Shown piece after piece: positions 44,459 to 55,903 of a stretch of 64,000 nt of DNA; within the stretch, counting starts at the first letter, position 1; the number at the start of each line of letters is the position of its first letter. This DNA comes from Chloroflexota bacterium (lineage in GTDB: Bacteria; Chloroflexota; UBA11872): contig OY764080.1 of the NCBI GenBank assembly GCA_963667925.1, positions 85,990-149,989 on the forward strand. The letters are read 5' to 3'. The translations under genes and the position numbers were made by a program. Below the pieces are notes generated by a model, which saw nothing but the letters and a program-made list of their open reading frames with translations, had not been told where the DNA came from and did not search any database.

Positions 44459-46071
44459 GCCGCCACTTCTTGGTAGTTTCGGCCCAGCCAGTCGGCACAG
44501 CGTAGTGCGACAGCTTGAATCGTGCTGGTCGGGTTTACAGCGGCGGACGTGGTGAACGTACTTCCGTCAATAACGAACAGGTTTGGGCACTCATGCGCCT
44601 GGCCCCATCCGTTGACGACCGAACGCTCGGGGTCGTTGCCCATCCGGCATGTGCCCATCAGGTGCCAACCGGACTCCCGAACTAGTGGGTCGACCAGAAT
44701 CTCCACAGCATCGGCGGCTTCCAAGAGTTCCCGCGCACGCGCAGTGCCGAATTCGAGCATGCGCTGGCTGTTCTCGCCTAGCCGATACTCGATCATCGGC
44801 GCCGGAATGCCGTGCGCGTCCGTCAAGACTGGATCCAGCCTGACGCGATTCTCAGGTTCTGGGAGATCTTCCAGCATTACGGTCGTCGTCATCGTATGTG
44901 CGTAGCGCGATCGCAAGGCTTCGTGGTGCTCATGACCCCAGGGCACGGGGTGCCCGAGGATTCCGCCAATCGCAACTGAGAGAGGTCCAACATTGCGACT
45001 GAGCTGGAGCTCAAAGCCTCGTACGAAGCCTCGCGAGACATCGGTTTCGTAGAACTCCTGGCAGTTCATCAATCCGCCAAGGGGTCCACGCTGTCCGTTG
45101 ACCACTTCCTCAAACACGCCGCTGACCAACGCGACGGGATGAAACATCAAATAAGCGCCGACAAGGCCGGAATTGTTCGCCAGGCCATTCGGAAAGAGCG
45201 CTGACGTTGAATTGAGCAGTAGCCGAGGAGTGCCGACGCCGTTGGCGGCCATCACGACAACGCCTGCCGTGTGACTTCGGCGCACACCGTGCTCGTCGTA
45301 GTAGAGTGCGCCGGTTGCTCGGCCGGCCCGGTCCACCGTGATCTGCTCAACGCGTGCGTGGGTGATTAGTTGCACGCCTTGGGCCAGGGCCTTCGGCCAA
45401 TACGTCACGTGGGCGCTGGACATCGCGCCTATCGGGCACCCAATGTCGCAGGGTCCGCAGCAGTTGCAGGGCGAACGATTCTCGCCGAAGGGCTCCGATA
45501 TCAACGCGTTGTCGCACGGCCACCAGTGCCAGCCCAACTTCTCCAAGCCCCGCAGATACGCCTCGCATCCGGCATCAAAGGCCAGCGGCGGCGTCTGTCG
45601 GGGGCTACGCGGCGGATTGCCGGGATCGCCGGCCAAACCCGAGACGCCCACCATGGAGTCGTTCAGATCGTAGAAGGGCTCCAGGTCCCAGTACGTGAAT
45701 GGCCAGTCGTCGGCCACCCCGTCCAACGTTTGCACCCGGAAGTCAGACGGCCGCATTCGCGGGAAGTGCCCGCTCCAATGCACCGTACTGCCGCCGACGG
45801 CGTTGACCATTAGCGGGTAAATTGGTGTCCCGCTGTTGTTGATGGGATAGTCCTCGGCCCAGCCACGAACATTGGGGTCCTTGGCGAACGAGGTCTGGCG
45901 AGCGAGTTCGTAGTCGGGACGCGAGTGCGCGTACTCGGATGTATCGACCCAGCGTCCCTGTTCCAGGCAGGTCACGCGCAAGCCCCGGCGTGCCAGCGAC
46001 CAGGCTGCCGCGGCGCCAGACGCGCCGGAACCAACGATTAGGACATCGGAGTCAAGTTCCAGCTCAGTCAT
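44455..46071 (-). CDS. GMC family flavoprotein oxidoreductase
   Basis: 'DVLIVGSGASG', 'VGGSTVHW', 'CNCCGPCDIGC', 'HLMGTCRMG' and 'NPTSTIQAVALR'. Confidence 0.93.
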   Translation of the reverse strand: MTELELDSDVLIVGSGASGAAAAWSLARRGLRVTCLEQGRWVDTSEYAHSRPDYELARQTSFAKDPNVRGWAEDYPINNSGTPIYPLMVNAVGGSTVHWSGHFPRMRPSDFRVQTLDGVADDWPFTYWDLEPFYDLNDSMVGVSGLAGDPGNPPRSPRQTPPLAFDAGCEAYLRGLEKLGWHWWPCDNALISEPFGENRSPCNCCGPCDIGCPIGAMSSAHVTYWPKALAQGVQLITHARVEQITVDRAGRATGALYYDEHGVRRSHTAGVVVMAANGVGTPRLLLNSTSALFPNGLANNSGLVGAYLMFHPVALVSGVFEEVVNGQRGPLGGLMNCQEFYETDVSRGFVRGFELQLSRNVGPLSVAIGGILGHPVPWGHEHHEALRSRYAHTMTTTVMLEDLPEPENRVRLDPVLTDAHGIPAPMIEYRLGENSQRMLEFGTARARELLEAADAVEILVDPLVRESGWHLMGTCRMGNDPERSVVNGWGQAHECPNLFVIDGSTFTTSAAVNPTSTIQAVALRCADWLGRNYQEVAA

Positions 46072-46125
46072 CGCATCCTCACCGCCAGTCGGCCGCGTGA
46101 AGTGTACGAGCCATGGATCGGACTG

Positions 46126-46803
46126 TTAGTCCTTGATCGTGAGCCCGCCAAACAGCACCGTGTCCCGAAGACTCACCGTCGCCTCGCTGTCGGCACTCGG
46201 ATCTCGACGTTTGTCATCCACGCCCCCAAACAACGCCAGCACGTCGTTGTGAATGGACCAGTCCTCCGGTATACGCAACTCCACGCCGCCGAACACGCAA
46301 GTCACGTCAATGACCGCCGGCGGACGTTCGACGTGCGCCTCACGCAGGTCGTAGTCTGCGCCGCCGAAGAGCGTCGTGGTCTGCAGTCCTGTGAATGGCC
46401 CTACCACGTCGTCGTTCACGCTGTTGAATACGGCAACGTCATTCAGCCCGCTGCCGGAGCGACGGGCGCCGGGCTCGCCACCACCGAACGACGTTCGGGT
46501 CAATATGAGAAACACTCCCGCACCAATAATCAACACCGGCCAAGTGGCCCCGCGAATGACGTCGGGAACCTCGTCCACAACTGACAGTTGAATCGCAACG
46601 CCCACGCCGATCAAAATCCAGGGACCGGCTGAGCCGCGAAAGCCGCTGCGAATCAGAGCCCAAAGACCCAGCACGATAAGAATTGATGGGGCGTATTCCC
46701 ACGGGCTGAAGTCCCCGATCCCGAGGTTGCCAAGCAGCAGCAGCACTCCGACCGTCACGACTATCACGCCGATCAGAACGCGGCCCGAGCCGCCGCTCCT
46801 CAT
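46126..46803 (-). CDS. LiaF-like cell-wall-active antibiotic response protein (DUF5668/DUF2154-type)
   Basis: Four TM helices, then 'LFGGADYDLREA', 'VFGGVELRIP.DW' and 'LFGGLTIK'. Confidence 0.8.
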   Translation of the reverse strand: MRSGGSGRVLIGVIVVTVGVLLLLGNLGIGDFSPWEYAPSILIVLGLWALIRSGFRGSAGPWILIGVGVAIQLSVVDEVPDVIRGATWPVLIIGAGVFLILTRTSFGGGEPGARRSGSGLNDVAVFNSVNDDVVGPFTGLQTTTLFGGADYDLREAHVERPPAVIDVTCVFGGVELRIPEDWSIHNDVLALFGGVDDKRRDPSADSEATVSLRDTVLFGGLTIKD

Positions 46804-46879
46804 TGGAACCTCCTCAGGGGCTCGATTCCGGTCGTCCTCAGAACTCGACGGCTGGCTGAGGTCAAGAATCGGACCGCCG

Positions 46880-47854
46880 TCAGTTCCACCGGTGCACCTC
46901 GGGATCTATGGACGAGGACGGCACGGTCTCCAGTTCCTCCCAGAGTTCGTCGGGGATCTCGAACGCGGCCAAGACGAGCGTTTTCTCAATCCGGTCTGGT
47001 CGGCTGGCGCCCACGATCGTTGAAACAATGCGCGAGTCCTTTAGCGAAAACTGGAGCGCGGCCGCCGCTAGCGGGATTCCATAGCGCTCGCAGATGGCAT
47101 CGAGGCGTCGCGCACGATTCACCATCTCGGTTGGGGCGGCCTGGTACGCGTAACGTGGATACGAATCGGGACCCCGCGACAGGATGCCGCTCCCGTACGG
47201 CGCCGCGTTGAGCACAGCCACGTTGCGCATGGCCGCAATTTCCAATAGCGGTTCGGCCGAGCGGTTGAGCAGTGTGTAGCGGTTATGTGTGACCACCACC
47301 TCAAAGCAGCCAGTTTCGACGTAGCGGATTTCCTGGTCGATCGGCCCGCCGGCCACGCCCAGGTGCCCGATTAGACCCTCCGCCTTCAACTCAAGCAGCA
47401 CCTCAAGCGGGCCTCCAGGCGCGGTTATTTCGTCAAAGGTCGAGTGCTCCGGATCATGCAGATGTAAGAGTTGAAGACAGTCCAGTCCCAGCAGGTCCAG
47501 ACTTCGCTCAACCGAACGGCGCATCTGCGCGCCACTGAATTCGCCCGTGGTCAGGTCGCGGTCGGCTTTGGTTCCAACCACATAGCCCTCGGGGATTCCA
47601 CCGCGTTCACGAAGTACGACACCGATGCGCCGTTCGCTCTCGCCATCGCCGTACGATGCTGCCGTATCGATGAAGTTGATTGAACTGTCGAGCGTTGCCC
47701 GCATGGCTGCCAGCGCGTCGTCTTCGGCCACCGAGTACGCGAACGTCTCAGGCATATCGCCAAGCGCCGCCGTGCCAATGCACAACGGCGTTACCCGCAG
47801 CCCAGTCGTGCCCAGCGTGCGAAGCGAAAAGTAATCGCCCGGCACAGACGTCAC
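46880..47854 (-). CDS. Aldo/keto reductase
   Basis: 'LGTTGLRVTPLCIGT', 'FIDTAASYG.GESE', 'GTK' and 'LHLHDP'. The GTG at 47854 overlaps the upstream stop. Confidence 0.92.
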   Translation of the reverse strand: MTSVPGDYFSLRTLGTTGLRVTPLCIGTAALGDMPETFAYSVAEDDALAAMRATLDSSINFIDTAASYGDGESERRIGVVLRERGGIPEGYVVGTKADRDLTTGEFSGAQMRRSVERSLDLLGLDCLQLLHLHDPEHSTFDEITAPGGPLEVLLELKAEGLIGHLGVAGGPIDQEIRYVETGCFEVVVTHNRYTLLNRSAEPLLEIAAMRNVAVLNAAPYGSGILSRGPDSYPRYAYQAAPTEMVNRARRLDAICERYGIPLAAAALQFSLKDSRIVSTIVGASRPDRIEKTLVLAAFEIPDELWEELETVPSSSIDPEVHRWN

Positions 47855-48105
47855 GGCGGCCCTGCGATTGACGAGCGCGAATTGCAAACAACTCGACTTG
47901 GCTCGCGCCCGGGCGTCGTTCGACGACCCTCGATAACTTCCATAGCGATCAGCACCGTTGCGTAGGCCTCGCTCGCCACTTGGCCGTCGTCGTTGGCAAA
48001 TGACGACGGTAAGCGCGCGTAGTCGCCGTCGGCCATCTGATCGACGCGCCGCCGCAGCCAGCTTCGCAGACGTTCCCAGGACTCGCCAGCATCAGTGCGA
48101 GGCAT
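47851..48105 (-). CDS. Small hypothetical protein (84 aa)
   Basis: AGGAG RBS before the ATG at 48105; overlaps both neighbours in operon fashion. Confidence 0.6.
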   Translation of the reverse strand: MPRTDAGESWERLRSWLRRRVDQMADGDYARLPSSFANDDGQVASEAYATVLIAMEVIEGRRTTPGREPSRVVCNSRSSIAGPP

Positions 48106-49489
48106 TGTGCGCTCCTGATTCCATGGCTTCGGCCGCCTCGGTGTGGCGCCGAACGAAGGCTTCGGCGAGGATCCTGGCGGCTTCCACGTCATTCGGCTCC
48201 AGTTCGCCGTCCAAAACCAAGTCCAGCAAGTATTGCTTGATCGGCTTGATCCACACGCCCGGCGGGCGGTCAAAAAGCTCCATGAGCGCGTGGCCATCCA
48301 GCGGCGAGTCCAGCGCAGCCACGTCGCGCTCGGCCTGCAAGTGCTCACAGCGCGCCTGCAGTTCGGCCACGCGCGCCAGACCCGCCTCGACACGCCGCGG
48401 TCGATAGCTGGTTATGTCGGCGCGTGACAGGGCTATCAGCGCATCAAGGTCTTCGCCAGCTTCCAGGATGAATCGTCGAACCGCCCCGTCGGTCCATCCG
48501 GGATCATAGGCGTTCGCACGCATGTGTAGGCGAACGATGTGGGTCACGCGCTCTGTTAGTCGACTATCGAATTTAAGCCGGCGAAGTACTCGCCGGGCCA
48601 TTCGCGCGCCAACTTCCTCATGGCCAAAAAACCGGATGCGTCGGTTGCGGATGGACTTGGTCTGAGGCTTGCCGACGTCGTGCAGCAGCGCGGCCCAGCG
48701 GATCTCGGGCTCGGGCCGAGTCGTGGAAAGGACGCGCATGGTGTGGGCAAATACATCCTTGTGTTGCCGCCGCTCTTCCTGCTCGGTCTGCTGCAGGGGA
48801 ATCAGTTCGGGCATCACCAGGCCAAGCACCCCAATCTCCAGGAGCGTGATCAGGGCGCGACCGGGTTCCGGCGACAGCAGCGTCAAGTTGAGCTCGGCGC
48901 CGATGCGCTCGGCGCTGACGTGGCGAAGTTCGCCGGCCGTGCGCCGTGCCGCCGCCAGCGTGCCCGCCTCAATGTCGAACCCGAGCTGGGCCGCAAAGCG
49001 CACACAGCGCAAGATCCGCAACGGATCTTCGCTAAAGCGGTCGTCGGCAACGCCCACCGCCTGAATCCGCCCAGCAACGAGGTCGGCCAAACCGCCGTGG
49101 GGATCGACGATGCGTCCGCTCAGCACGTCCTGCGCCATGGCGTTCATGGTGAAGTCACGCCGGCTGAGGTCGGCTTCCAGCGAGTCGCCAAATTGGACGT
49201 CAGGCTTGCGCGACCCGGGACGGTAGGACTCCGCGCGAAACGTCGTGATTTCGACGGGACTACCTTCAAACACGGCCCCGATAGTCCCGAACCGCTCACC
49301 AACAGTGAAGATGCTTGTGGCGCCCGCGCGGCGCGCCAGCACCTTCACACGATCAGGATGCGCTCCGGTCGTGAAGTCCAGATCGCTTGACGATCGCCCA
49401 ATGATGCGATCGCGGACTGGCCCGCCAACGAGGTAGAGGTCGAAGCCAGCCTGTCGAAAGATGCGCGCGAGGCGCCCGGTGGGATTCAT
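48092..49489 (-). CDS. cca: CCA tRNA nucleotidyltransferase / poly(A) polymerase family with HD domain
   Basis: 'LYLVGGPVRD', 'DLDF', 'DLSRRDFTMNAMA', 'EDPLRILR' and 'LLHDVGK'. Confidence 0.88.
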   Translation of the reverse strand: MNPTGRLARIFRQAGFDLYLVGGPVRDRIIGRSSSDLDFTTGAHPDRVKVLARRAGATSIFTVGERFGTIGAVFEGSPVEITTFRAESYRPGSRKPDVQFGDSLEADLSRRDFTMNAMAQDVLSGRIVDPHGGLADLVAGRIQAVGVADDRFSEDPLRILRCVRFAAQLGFDIEAGTLAAARRTAGELRHVSAERIGAELNLTLLSPEPGRALITLLEIGVLGLVMPELIPLQQTEQEERRQHKDVFAHTMRVLSTTRPEPEIRWAALLHDVGKPQTKSIRNRRIRFFGHEEVGARMARRVLRRLKFDSRLTERVTHIVRLHMRANAYDPGWTDGAVRRFILEAGEDLDALIALSRADITSYRPRRVEAGLARVAELQARCEHLQAERDVAALDSPLDGHALMELFDRPPGVWIKPIKQYLLDLVLDGELEPNDVEAARILAEAFVRRHTEAAEAMESGAHNASH

Positions 49490-49510
49490 GAGATAGAGGC
49501 GTCGCCGCGT

Positions 49511-52153
49511 TCAGGCGGTGCGAGAGATTGGCCAGTGCAGGCGCCGCAGCGCGCCGGGCGCCGCACGCAATGATCTTACACGCTCGGCTATCCGGTCCCG
49601 AATCTCTCGCGGGCGTCCAACCAGGCGTCGAACTCCGATGTCCGCCACAAATGCCAGCAGAGCCATGGTCAGCAACTGCGACCAGCCAAGCTGCGTGGCG
49701 CCGTCGCCGCGTAATGCCAGCGCGGCCAGATCGCCGCTTGACTCGATGGTCACGCCACCGGTTAACGCTGCCGCTCGCCGCAACACGCGGTGATCCGGCT
49801 CGATGTGACCAACTTCCGCTGCTATTGGAACGACGAGGCCAGAAGTGGCCGTGCGCTCGGCCCCGGTGTCGTCACGCTGGGTCACCAGAACTTCGTAAAC
49901 CCCCGGGGTCAAGCCAGCCAGGCTGCCCTGGTAGCGACCGGGTCCCACCTGCTCGGCGGTCAGCGCGTGAGCGGTCCCCTGTGGACCGACGAAGTTAACG
50001 CTTGTCGCAAGCCCGTTCAGAAATCGCCCGTCAGCGTCGACCGTGTCGACCTCAATCGCCGCAAGCCCGTCCGCATAACTGACCTCAACTCGAGGACTGT
50101 CGCCAAGGCCACCCGATAGTGGACTGACCCATTGAACCGCCTGGCGAAGAAACGGCGCAAAGCTGTCCCAGCCCAGCCAATCCTCAGCCCAGTCCAAACC
50201 GGCGTCAGACGTCCAGGCAATGGCGCGACCGCGGCCGTATTGCCATTGCGCCAGAATCGGATCGTTGTTGTCGGAGCTCAGCACTACCTCGGCCGTAGGT
50301 TTGGCGCGTGTTCGCACGTAGCCTCGAAGGTCGGGCAATTCCTGCCCCGCGAGTCCGCCAGCAAAGACCGGGCTTGCCGCATCCATTCGCGGCTGGAACT
50401 CCCGCTCCACCACCGCGAATTCGCCGGCCGTTAGCGTTTCCTGGGTCAGCACCCGCGGAATCGAACGCGGATCTGGCACGTAGTAGTAGCGGCCGTTGCC
50501 GTTGCGGGCGATTCGCTCCAACAGTTCCTGGTCGGACTCCTCGCCAATCGCAATCGACGAGACCGTGATATCGCGCCGACGCAGTGAGCGAGCCAGACCA
50601 TCGAAGTCGCCGTAATGGGCGCGTCCGTCGGTAAGTAGAACCACGTGCTTGACCGAGGCGCTGACCTGATTCAGGCGAGACCTCGCGAAGAACATGGCGC
50701 GCGCGAGATCGGTGGAGGTCCCAATCTGAATGCCACGGATGCGACTAATCGCTGACGACACGTCCGCCGCCGAGGTCAGCTCGCGCGGCGGCACGACCCA
50801 CTGTGCATCGATGTCGAACGTCATCACGCCGAGAATGTCGCCCTCTTCCAGCAGATCCACGGCGTCCACCGCCGCCTCGATCGCCATGTCGATCTTGGCG
50901 GCGCCTTCGCTGGCGCCCTCGGCCATGCTGGACGACCGGTCGATCACCAGCACGAGCGCCAGCCGAGGTTCAGGCGATTCCTCAGTTGGGTCCGACCACA
51001 CGGGCAATGCTTCGTCAATGGCGGTGCCTTGGTAGCCGCCGGCGGCAAAGCTGTCGGGACCTCCCAGTACCACCAAGCCGCGACCGTCCGCCACATGCGC
51101 GCGCAATGCTTCGAGCGCGTCGGACTCAAAGGCTTCGGCCGGGACGTTGGAAACCACGACGGCTTCGAACTGCGTGAGATCGACATTGCCGAGCGCGCGT
51201 GGCGCCACTTCCCTAACCTCAAAGTCTGCAGCCCGCAACACCGCCCGGACCTGAGACGCTTCGCCGATGGTGAGCACTCGACCGGGCTCGACCACACGCA
51301 TGAATGCCTCGGCAACGTTGTTGGCGAGGCGCGGGTCGGCATCCTCGAGCAGCTCAGCTCGCAGTCGGTGGAATCCGGGTGACAGGCCAGCCAGCTCCAC
51401 GCCGTACGTGCGTGTGCCGGTGGCAACGACGATTGGGCCGTCGCTGATCAGGCGTTCACCATCCCAGAGGCGCAAGCGCGCCGTGGTGCGTCGCTGCGAG
51501 GCGATACGAACGCGCGCCTGAAGCGGCACGCTGCCGTGGACGATGTCCGGAACGTCGACGGCCTGCACCACGAGGTCTGCGCCGCGCGTCGTCGCGGCGG
51601 GTAGGACGGAAATCGGCACGCCGCGGGCGGCGGCGGTCTGAATGGCTGACTCGAGCCCGTGTCCGGCGCCCGCGCCGTCGGAAAGGAGCACGAGCTGCCC
51701 GCCGGCGTCGGGATCGAGCATGCCGAGCGCGGTCAGAATCCCCGCCTCATAGTTGCTGTCGCTTCCGGGAAGCTCGGAGCGTAGCGGTGGGGCTTCGTCC
51801 AGGCGCTGGGGCGCGGCCAACACCGCGGTGCTCGCACCGAATTGGACGACCCCCACAGGAGTGTCGGCCCCGAACGCACGAACAAAAGAGTCGATAATGG
51901 CGTGGGCATTTGCCCGCTCGGCCAAGAGCACGCTGTCGGACGTATCGACCACAAAGACCGTGGCGGGTCGGGAATCTCGTCCGAAGGCGAAGCCGGCCAG
52001 AGCAAGCACGATTGCGGTCAGACCGACCAGGCGCAGTAGGGTCGCTAGCCCCAGGCGGATTGGGGAAAGCCGTGCGGCGCTGAGTGACGTCAGCCAGATC
52101 GCCGCAGGAAGCACTGCCAGCAAGACGAGCAGCCACGGTCGTTCCAGAACCAC
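49511..52153 (-). CDS. Membrane-anchored double-VWA protein with GATase-like domain
   Basis: MIDAS motifs 'VDTSDS' and 'IDRSSSM', 'LLTDG', 'GGPDSFAAGGY' and 'WQYGRGRAIAWTSD'. Confidence 0.88.
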   Translation of the reverse strand: MVLERPWLLVLLAVLPAAIWLTSLSAARLSPIRLGLATLLRLVGLTAIVLALAGFAFGRDSRPATVFVVDTSDSVLLAERANAHAIIDSFVRAFGADTPVGVVQFGASTAVLAAPQRLDEAPPLRSELPGSDSNYEAGILTALGMLDPDAGGQLVLLSDGAGAGHGLESAIQTAAARGVPISVLPAATTRGADLVVQAVDVPDIVHGSVPLQARVRIASQRRTTARLRLWDGERLISDGPIVVATGTRTYGVELAGLSPGFHRLRAELLEDADPRLANNVAEAFMRVVEPGRVLTIGEASQVRAVLRAADFEVREVAPRALGNVDLTQFEAVVVSNVPAEAFESDALEALRAHVADGRGLVVLGGPDSFAAGGYQGTAIDEALPVWSDPTEESPEPRLALVLVIDRSSSMAEGASEGAAKIDMAIEAAVDAVDLLEEGDILGVMTFDIDAQWVVPPRELTSAADVSSAISRIRGIQIGTSTDLARAMFFARSRLNQVSASVKHVVLLTDGRAHYGDFDGLARSLRRRDITVSSIAIGEESDQELLERIARNGNGRYYYVPDPRSIPRVLTQETLTAGEFAVVEREFQPRMDAASPVFAGGLAGQELPDLRGYVRTRAKPTAEVVLSSDNNDPILAQWQYGRGRAIAWTSDAGLDWAEDWLGWDSFAPFLRQAVQWVSPLSGGLGDSPRVEVSYADGLAAIEVDTVDADGRFLNGLATSVNFVGPQGTAHALTAEQVGPGRYQGSLAGLTPGVYEVLVTQRDDTGAERTATSGLVVPIAAEVGHIEPDHRVLRRAAALTGGVTIESSGDLAALALRGDGATQLGWSQLLTMALLAFVADIGVRRLVGRPREIRDRIAERVRSLRAAPGALRRLHWPISRTA

Positions 52154-52156
52154 GAG

Positions 52157-53995
52157 TCAGCGGACTCCCCGTACCCGGTGAAAGACCCACCACTCGACAA
52201 CCAGGAACGTCAGCGCCAACGCGGCCAGCCACGGCCACAGCTCAATCTGACTCTGGATCACCTGGGCCGAGTCGTCCGCGGCGATGGCTCCGGCGGGAGC
52301 GACGGCTTGTCCGGTCCGAGCCACCAAACCCGGGGCAAAGTCGATCGACGTTTGAGCCACCAGCTCTTGGCCCACGAACTGGCGAACCGTATAGGCGCCG
52401 GGGCCTGTCACATCGAGGACTGCCGGCTGCGGCACCGTGAATTCGATCGAGTCTCCACCCGGACTCGTAACAGTCAGTCGATCGGCTCGCGGATGCGGGA
52501 CCAGTCGTGCCGGTCGCCCGGGCTCCAGCTGGGCTCCGTCGGGCAAGGGCGCGAATGGATCGGCCCAACGCACGACATTCGACCAGAACACGGGATACCA
52601 GGGCGCCTGGCTGACGCCAGGACCGGCCACATCAAATCCGATCACGGCGGTGCGCCGACCATTAACGACTCCGTGTGCGAGCAGGGCACGGGCGCCAATG
52701 CTCAGGTCAACCTGCGCCCAGTCCGGCGGCCTGTAGGTCACATCCGAGCCGGACACCAGGTCGCCAACGTCGATCGATGTCAGGAGCGGGCTGTTCGCCA
52801 CCGCCAGCGGACGTGTCTCGGCATTGGTCGGCGCATCAAGCTCTAGGGCCGGAACAGCGGGAGGCTGGACGAACACGGCGGAGGCCGGGGGCAGTAGCTC
52901 GGGCGCAAAACCCTGAAACACGTAGAAATCCGCGGAACTGCTTGCGTGGTCGTACGAGTCGATGGCTATGGCCTGCGCTGTCACCGCGGGTACGGCTTGC
53001 AGTGCCCGAACGATTGGCCAGGGCTCATTGCCCACGACAACGACCGAGAGTTGCGATGGCTCGTTCAGCGAGGCAAATGCCAGGTTGTCGGCTGAGAGGC
53101 TGTCATCGGGTGCGCGAACCTCGGCCCGATAGCCCGCCGCAACCGGCAGGTCATCGAAGACCAGGATTTCCCGCGCTCCCGCCGGCAGGTTGACAGCTCT
53201 GCTTGTCGGCGGGTCGCGGCCAGCGGTCAACAGGACCTGGGCTGCCGCATCCGAGGTACCTTCGTTTCGGGCTGCGATCACGCCCTGCGCCGTGTCGGGT
53301 CTATCGAGGCGTCGCCTCACCTGAAATGACGCCAGGGCAACGTTTGACGCCGGTTCACCCACGACAACGGCCTGGACCCCGGCGTACGCGGGACTCGCAT
53401 CCGCGAGTGGCGCTTGATCCGTAAAGAGCGCCACGATGCCGCCCGCCGCCGGATTTGCCAGCGAGCGCGCCATGTCCAACGCCGCCTCGAGACGCCCGGA
53501 CGAGACCTCAGGCTCGATTCCACTGAGCAGACGGGTCACATCGGCGCGGTCGCTCGACTGCGCCACGAGGGTTCGCGGAACGGCGCCAGCGGTAATCAAC
53601 GACACTCTCCGTTCGTCGCCAAGGGAATTCACAAACGCGCCGGCCTCGTCGCGGGCACGCGCCATCCGCGGTATCCCGCTGTTGTCGGTTATCGCCATGG
53701 ACGCTGAAACGTCCATCACCACCGCAACGGGAGGTCCTAGTTCGAGCATTGCCAGACGCTCGGGTCGCGCCAGCGCCAGGGCGAAGATCGCGATAGTCAG
53801 CAACTGAAGCAGAAGAAGGGCATGCCGGCGTAGCCAGGCCAGCCAGGAGTCGTCGGCCCGTGCGCGAATCGTGCGACGCCACACGAACAGCGAGGCCACG
53901 ACAATGCGCTGACGGCGCGGACGCAGCAGAAAGAACGCCAGCACCGCGAGGGTCAGACTCGCCCACCCAAAGGCGAGCGGCGCTGCCCAGGTCAC
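52157..53995 (-). CDS. BatA-N/VWA domain membrane protein
   Basis: 'VASLFVW...LLLLQLL...ALARP', MIDAS 'MDVSASM' and C-terminal 'LWPWL...LVVEWW'. Confidence 0.88.
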   Translation of the reverse strand: MTWAAPLAFGWASLTLAVLAFFLLRPRRQRIVVASLFVWRRTIRARADDSWLAWLRRHALLLLQLLTIAIFALALARPERLAMLELGPPVAVVMDVSASMAITDNSGIPRMARARDEAGAFVNSLGDERRVSLITAGAVPRTLVAQSSDRADVTRLLSGIEPEVSSGRLEAALDMARSLANPAAGGIVALFTDQAPLADASPAYAGVQAVVVGEPASNVALASFQVRRRLDRPDTAQGVIAARNEGTSDAAAQVLLTAGRDPPTSRAVNLPAGAREILVFDDLPVAAGYRAEVRAPDDSLSADNLAFASLNEPSQLSVVVVGNEPWPIVRALQAVPAVTAQAIAIDSYDHASSSADFYVFQGFAPELLPPASAVFVQPPAVPALELDAPTNAETRPLAVANSPLLTSIDVGDLVSGSDVTYRPPDWAQVDLSIGARALLAHGVVNGRRTAVIGFDVAGPGVSQAPWYPVFWSNVVRWADPFAPLPDGAQLEPGRPARLVPHPRADRLTVTSPGGDSIEFTVPQPAVLDVTGPGAYTVRQFVGQELVAQTSIDFAPGLVARTGQAVAPAGAIAADDSAQVIQSQIELWPWLAALALTFLVVEWWVFHRVRGVR

Positions 53996-54889
53996 GCCAG
54001 TGTTCCGTGCTCACGCAGGCGTCGCAGCACGACATCCTCCACGGCCCAACTCGATCGGATCGGCACATAACGCACGTGCCGGCGGTGGCAGAACCGCTGC
54101 AGGTCGTTCGTCCAGTCGGCGATGGCCTGACGGTAGGCGCGCAAGAGCTCCACGTCGCCGAGCACTTCCACGGCATCACCACCCTCGGCGTCCACCAATT
54201 CAACCTCATCGGCAAACGCTGGATTGACGAACTCTTCGTCAAGCACATGGATCACCGTCACCTCGTGCCCGCGCTGGGCAAGCGCCCCAATGGCTCGAGG
54301 CGCGTCAGGCGCGAGGAGATCGGAAGCCAGCACCGCCACTCCGTGGGGAAGGGCGCGGGCGTTGTAGGAGGACGCGGCGCGCGCGAGCGCGGTTTGGCCC
54401 GACGGCTGTTGGCGCTGAAGGAACTCGAACAAACGGGCGACGTAGGCTTCTCCCTGCCGCGGCGCGAAGGTCTGGACGAGGTCGTCGCCGAGCGCAGCTC
54501 CCGCAACTACGTCGCGACTGGCAAGTGCGGTCCAGCCGAGCGCGGCCAGCACGGCCCGTGCCGCCTCGAACTTCGCGGGTGCGCCGGACGCCATCGAACC
54601 GCTGACATCTAGCAGCAGGTGGACGACTAGCGTCTCTTCCGACTCGCGGACCTTTACGAACAGCTCGTTGGTGCGGGCATAGATGTTCCAGTCGATCTGC
54701 CGGTAGTCGTCGCCCGGGCTGTACGACCGGTGGTCGGCGAATTCAAGCGATGAGCCGGTTGCCCGGCTACGCCGCCCCCCGGTGTGCAAGTGGCCGTGCG
54801 GGCGCTGGGAGACAAACGAAAGGTTGGCCAGCTTGGCGCGGAGCGCCGGATCCGGCGCAAACGCCGGCAGCGCCGCGCCAGCCGTCCGG

Positions 54890-54897
<8 letters not shown>
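53992..54897 (-). CDS. DUF58 domain protein
   Basis: 'GSSLEFADHRSYSPGDDYRQIDWN.YAR' and 'LLDVSGSM'. The GTG at 54897 overlaps the end of the MoxR gene. Confidence 0.92.
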
Positions 54898-55899
<1,002 letters not shown>

Positions 55900-55903
<4 letters not shown>

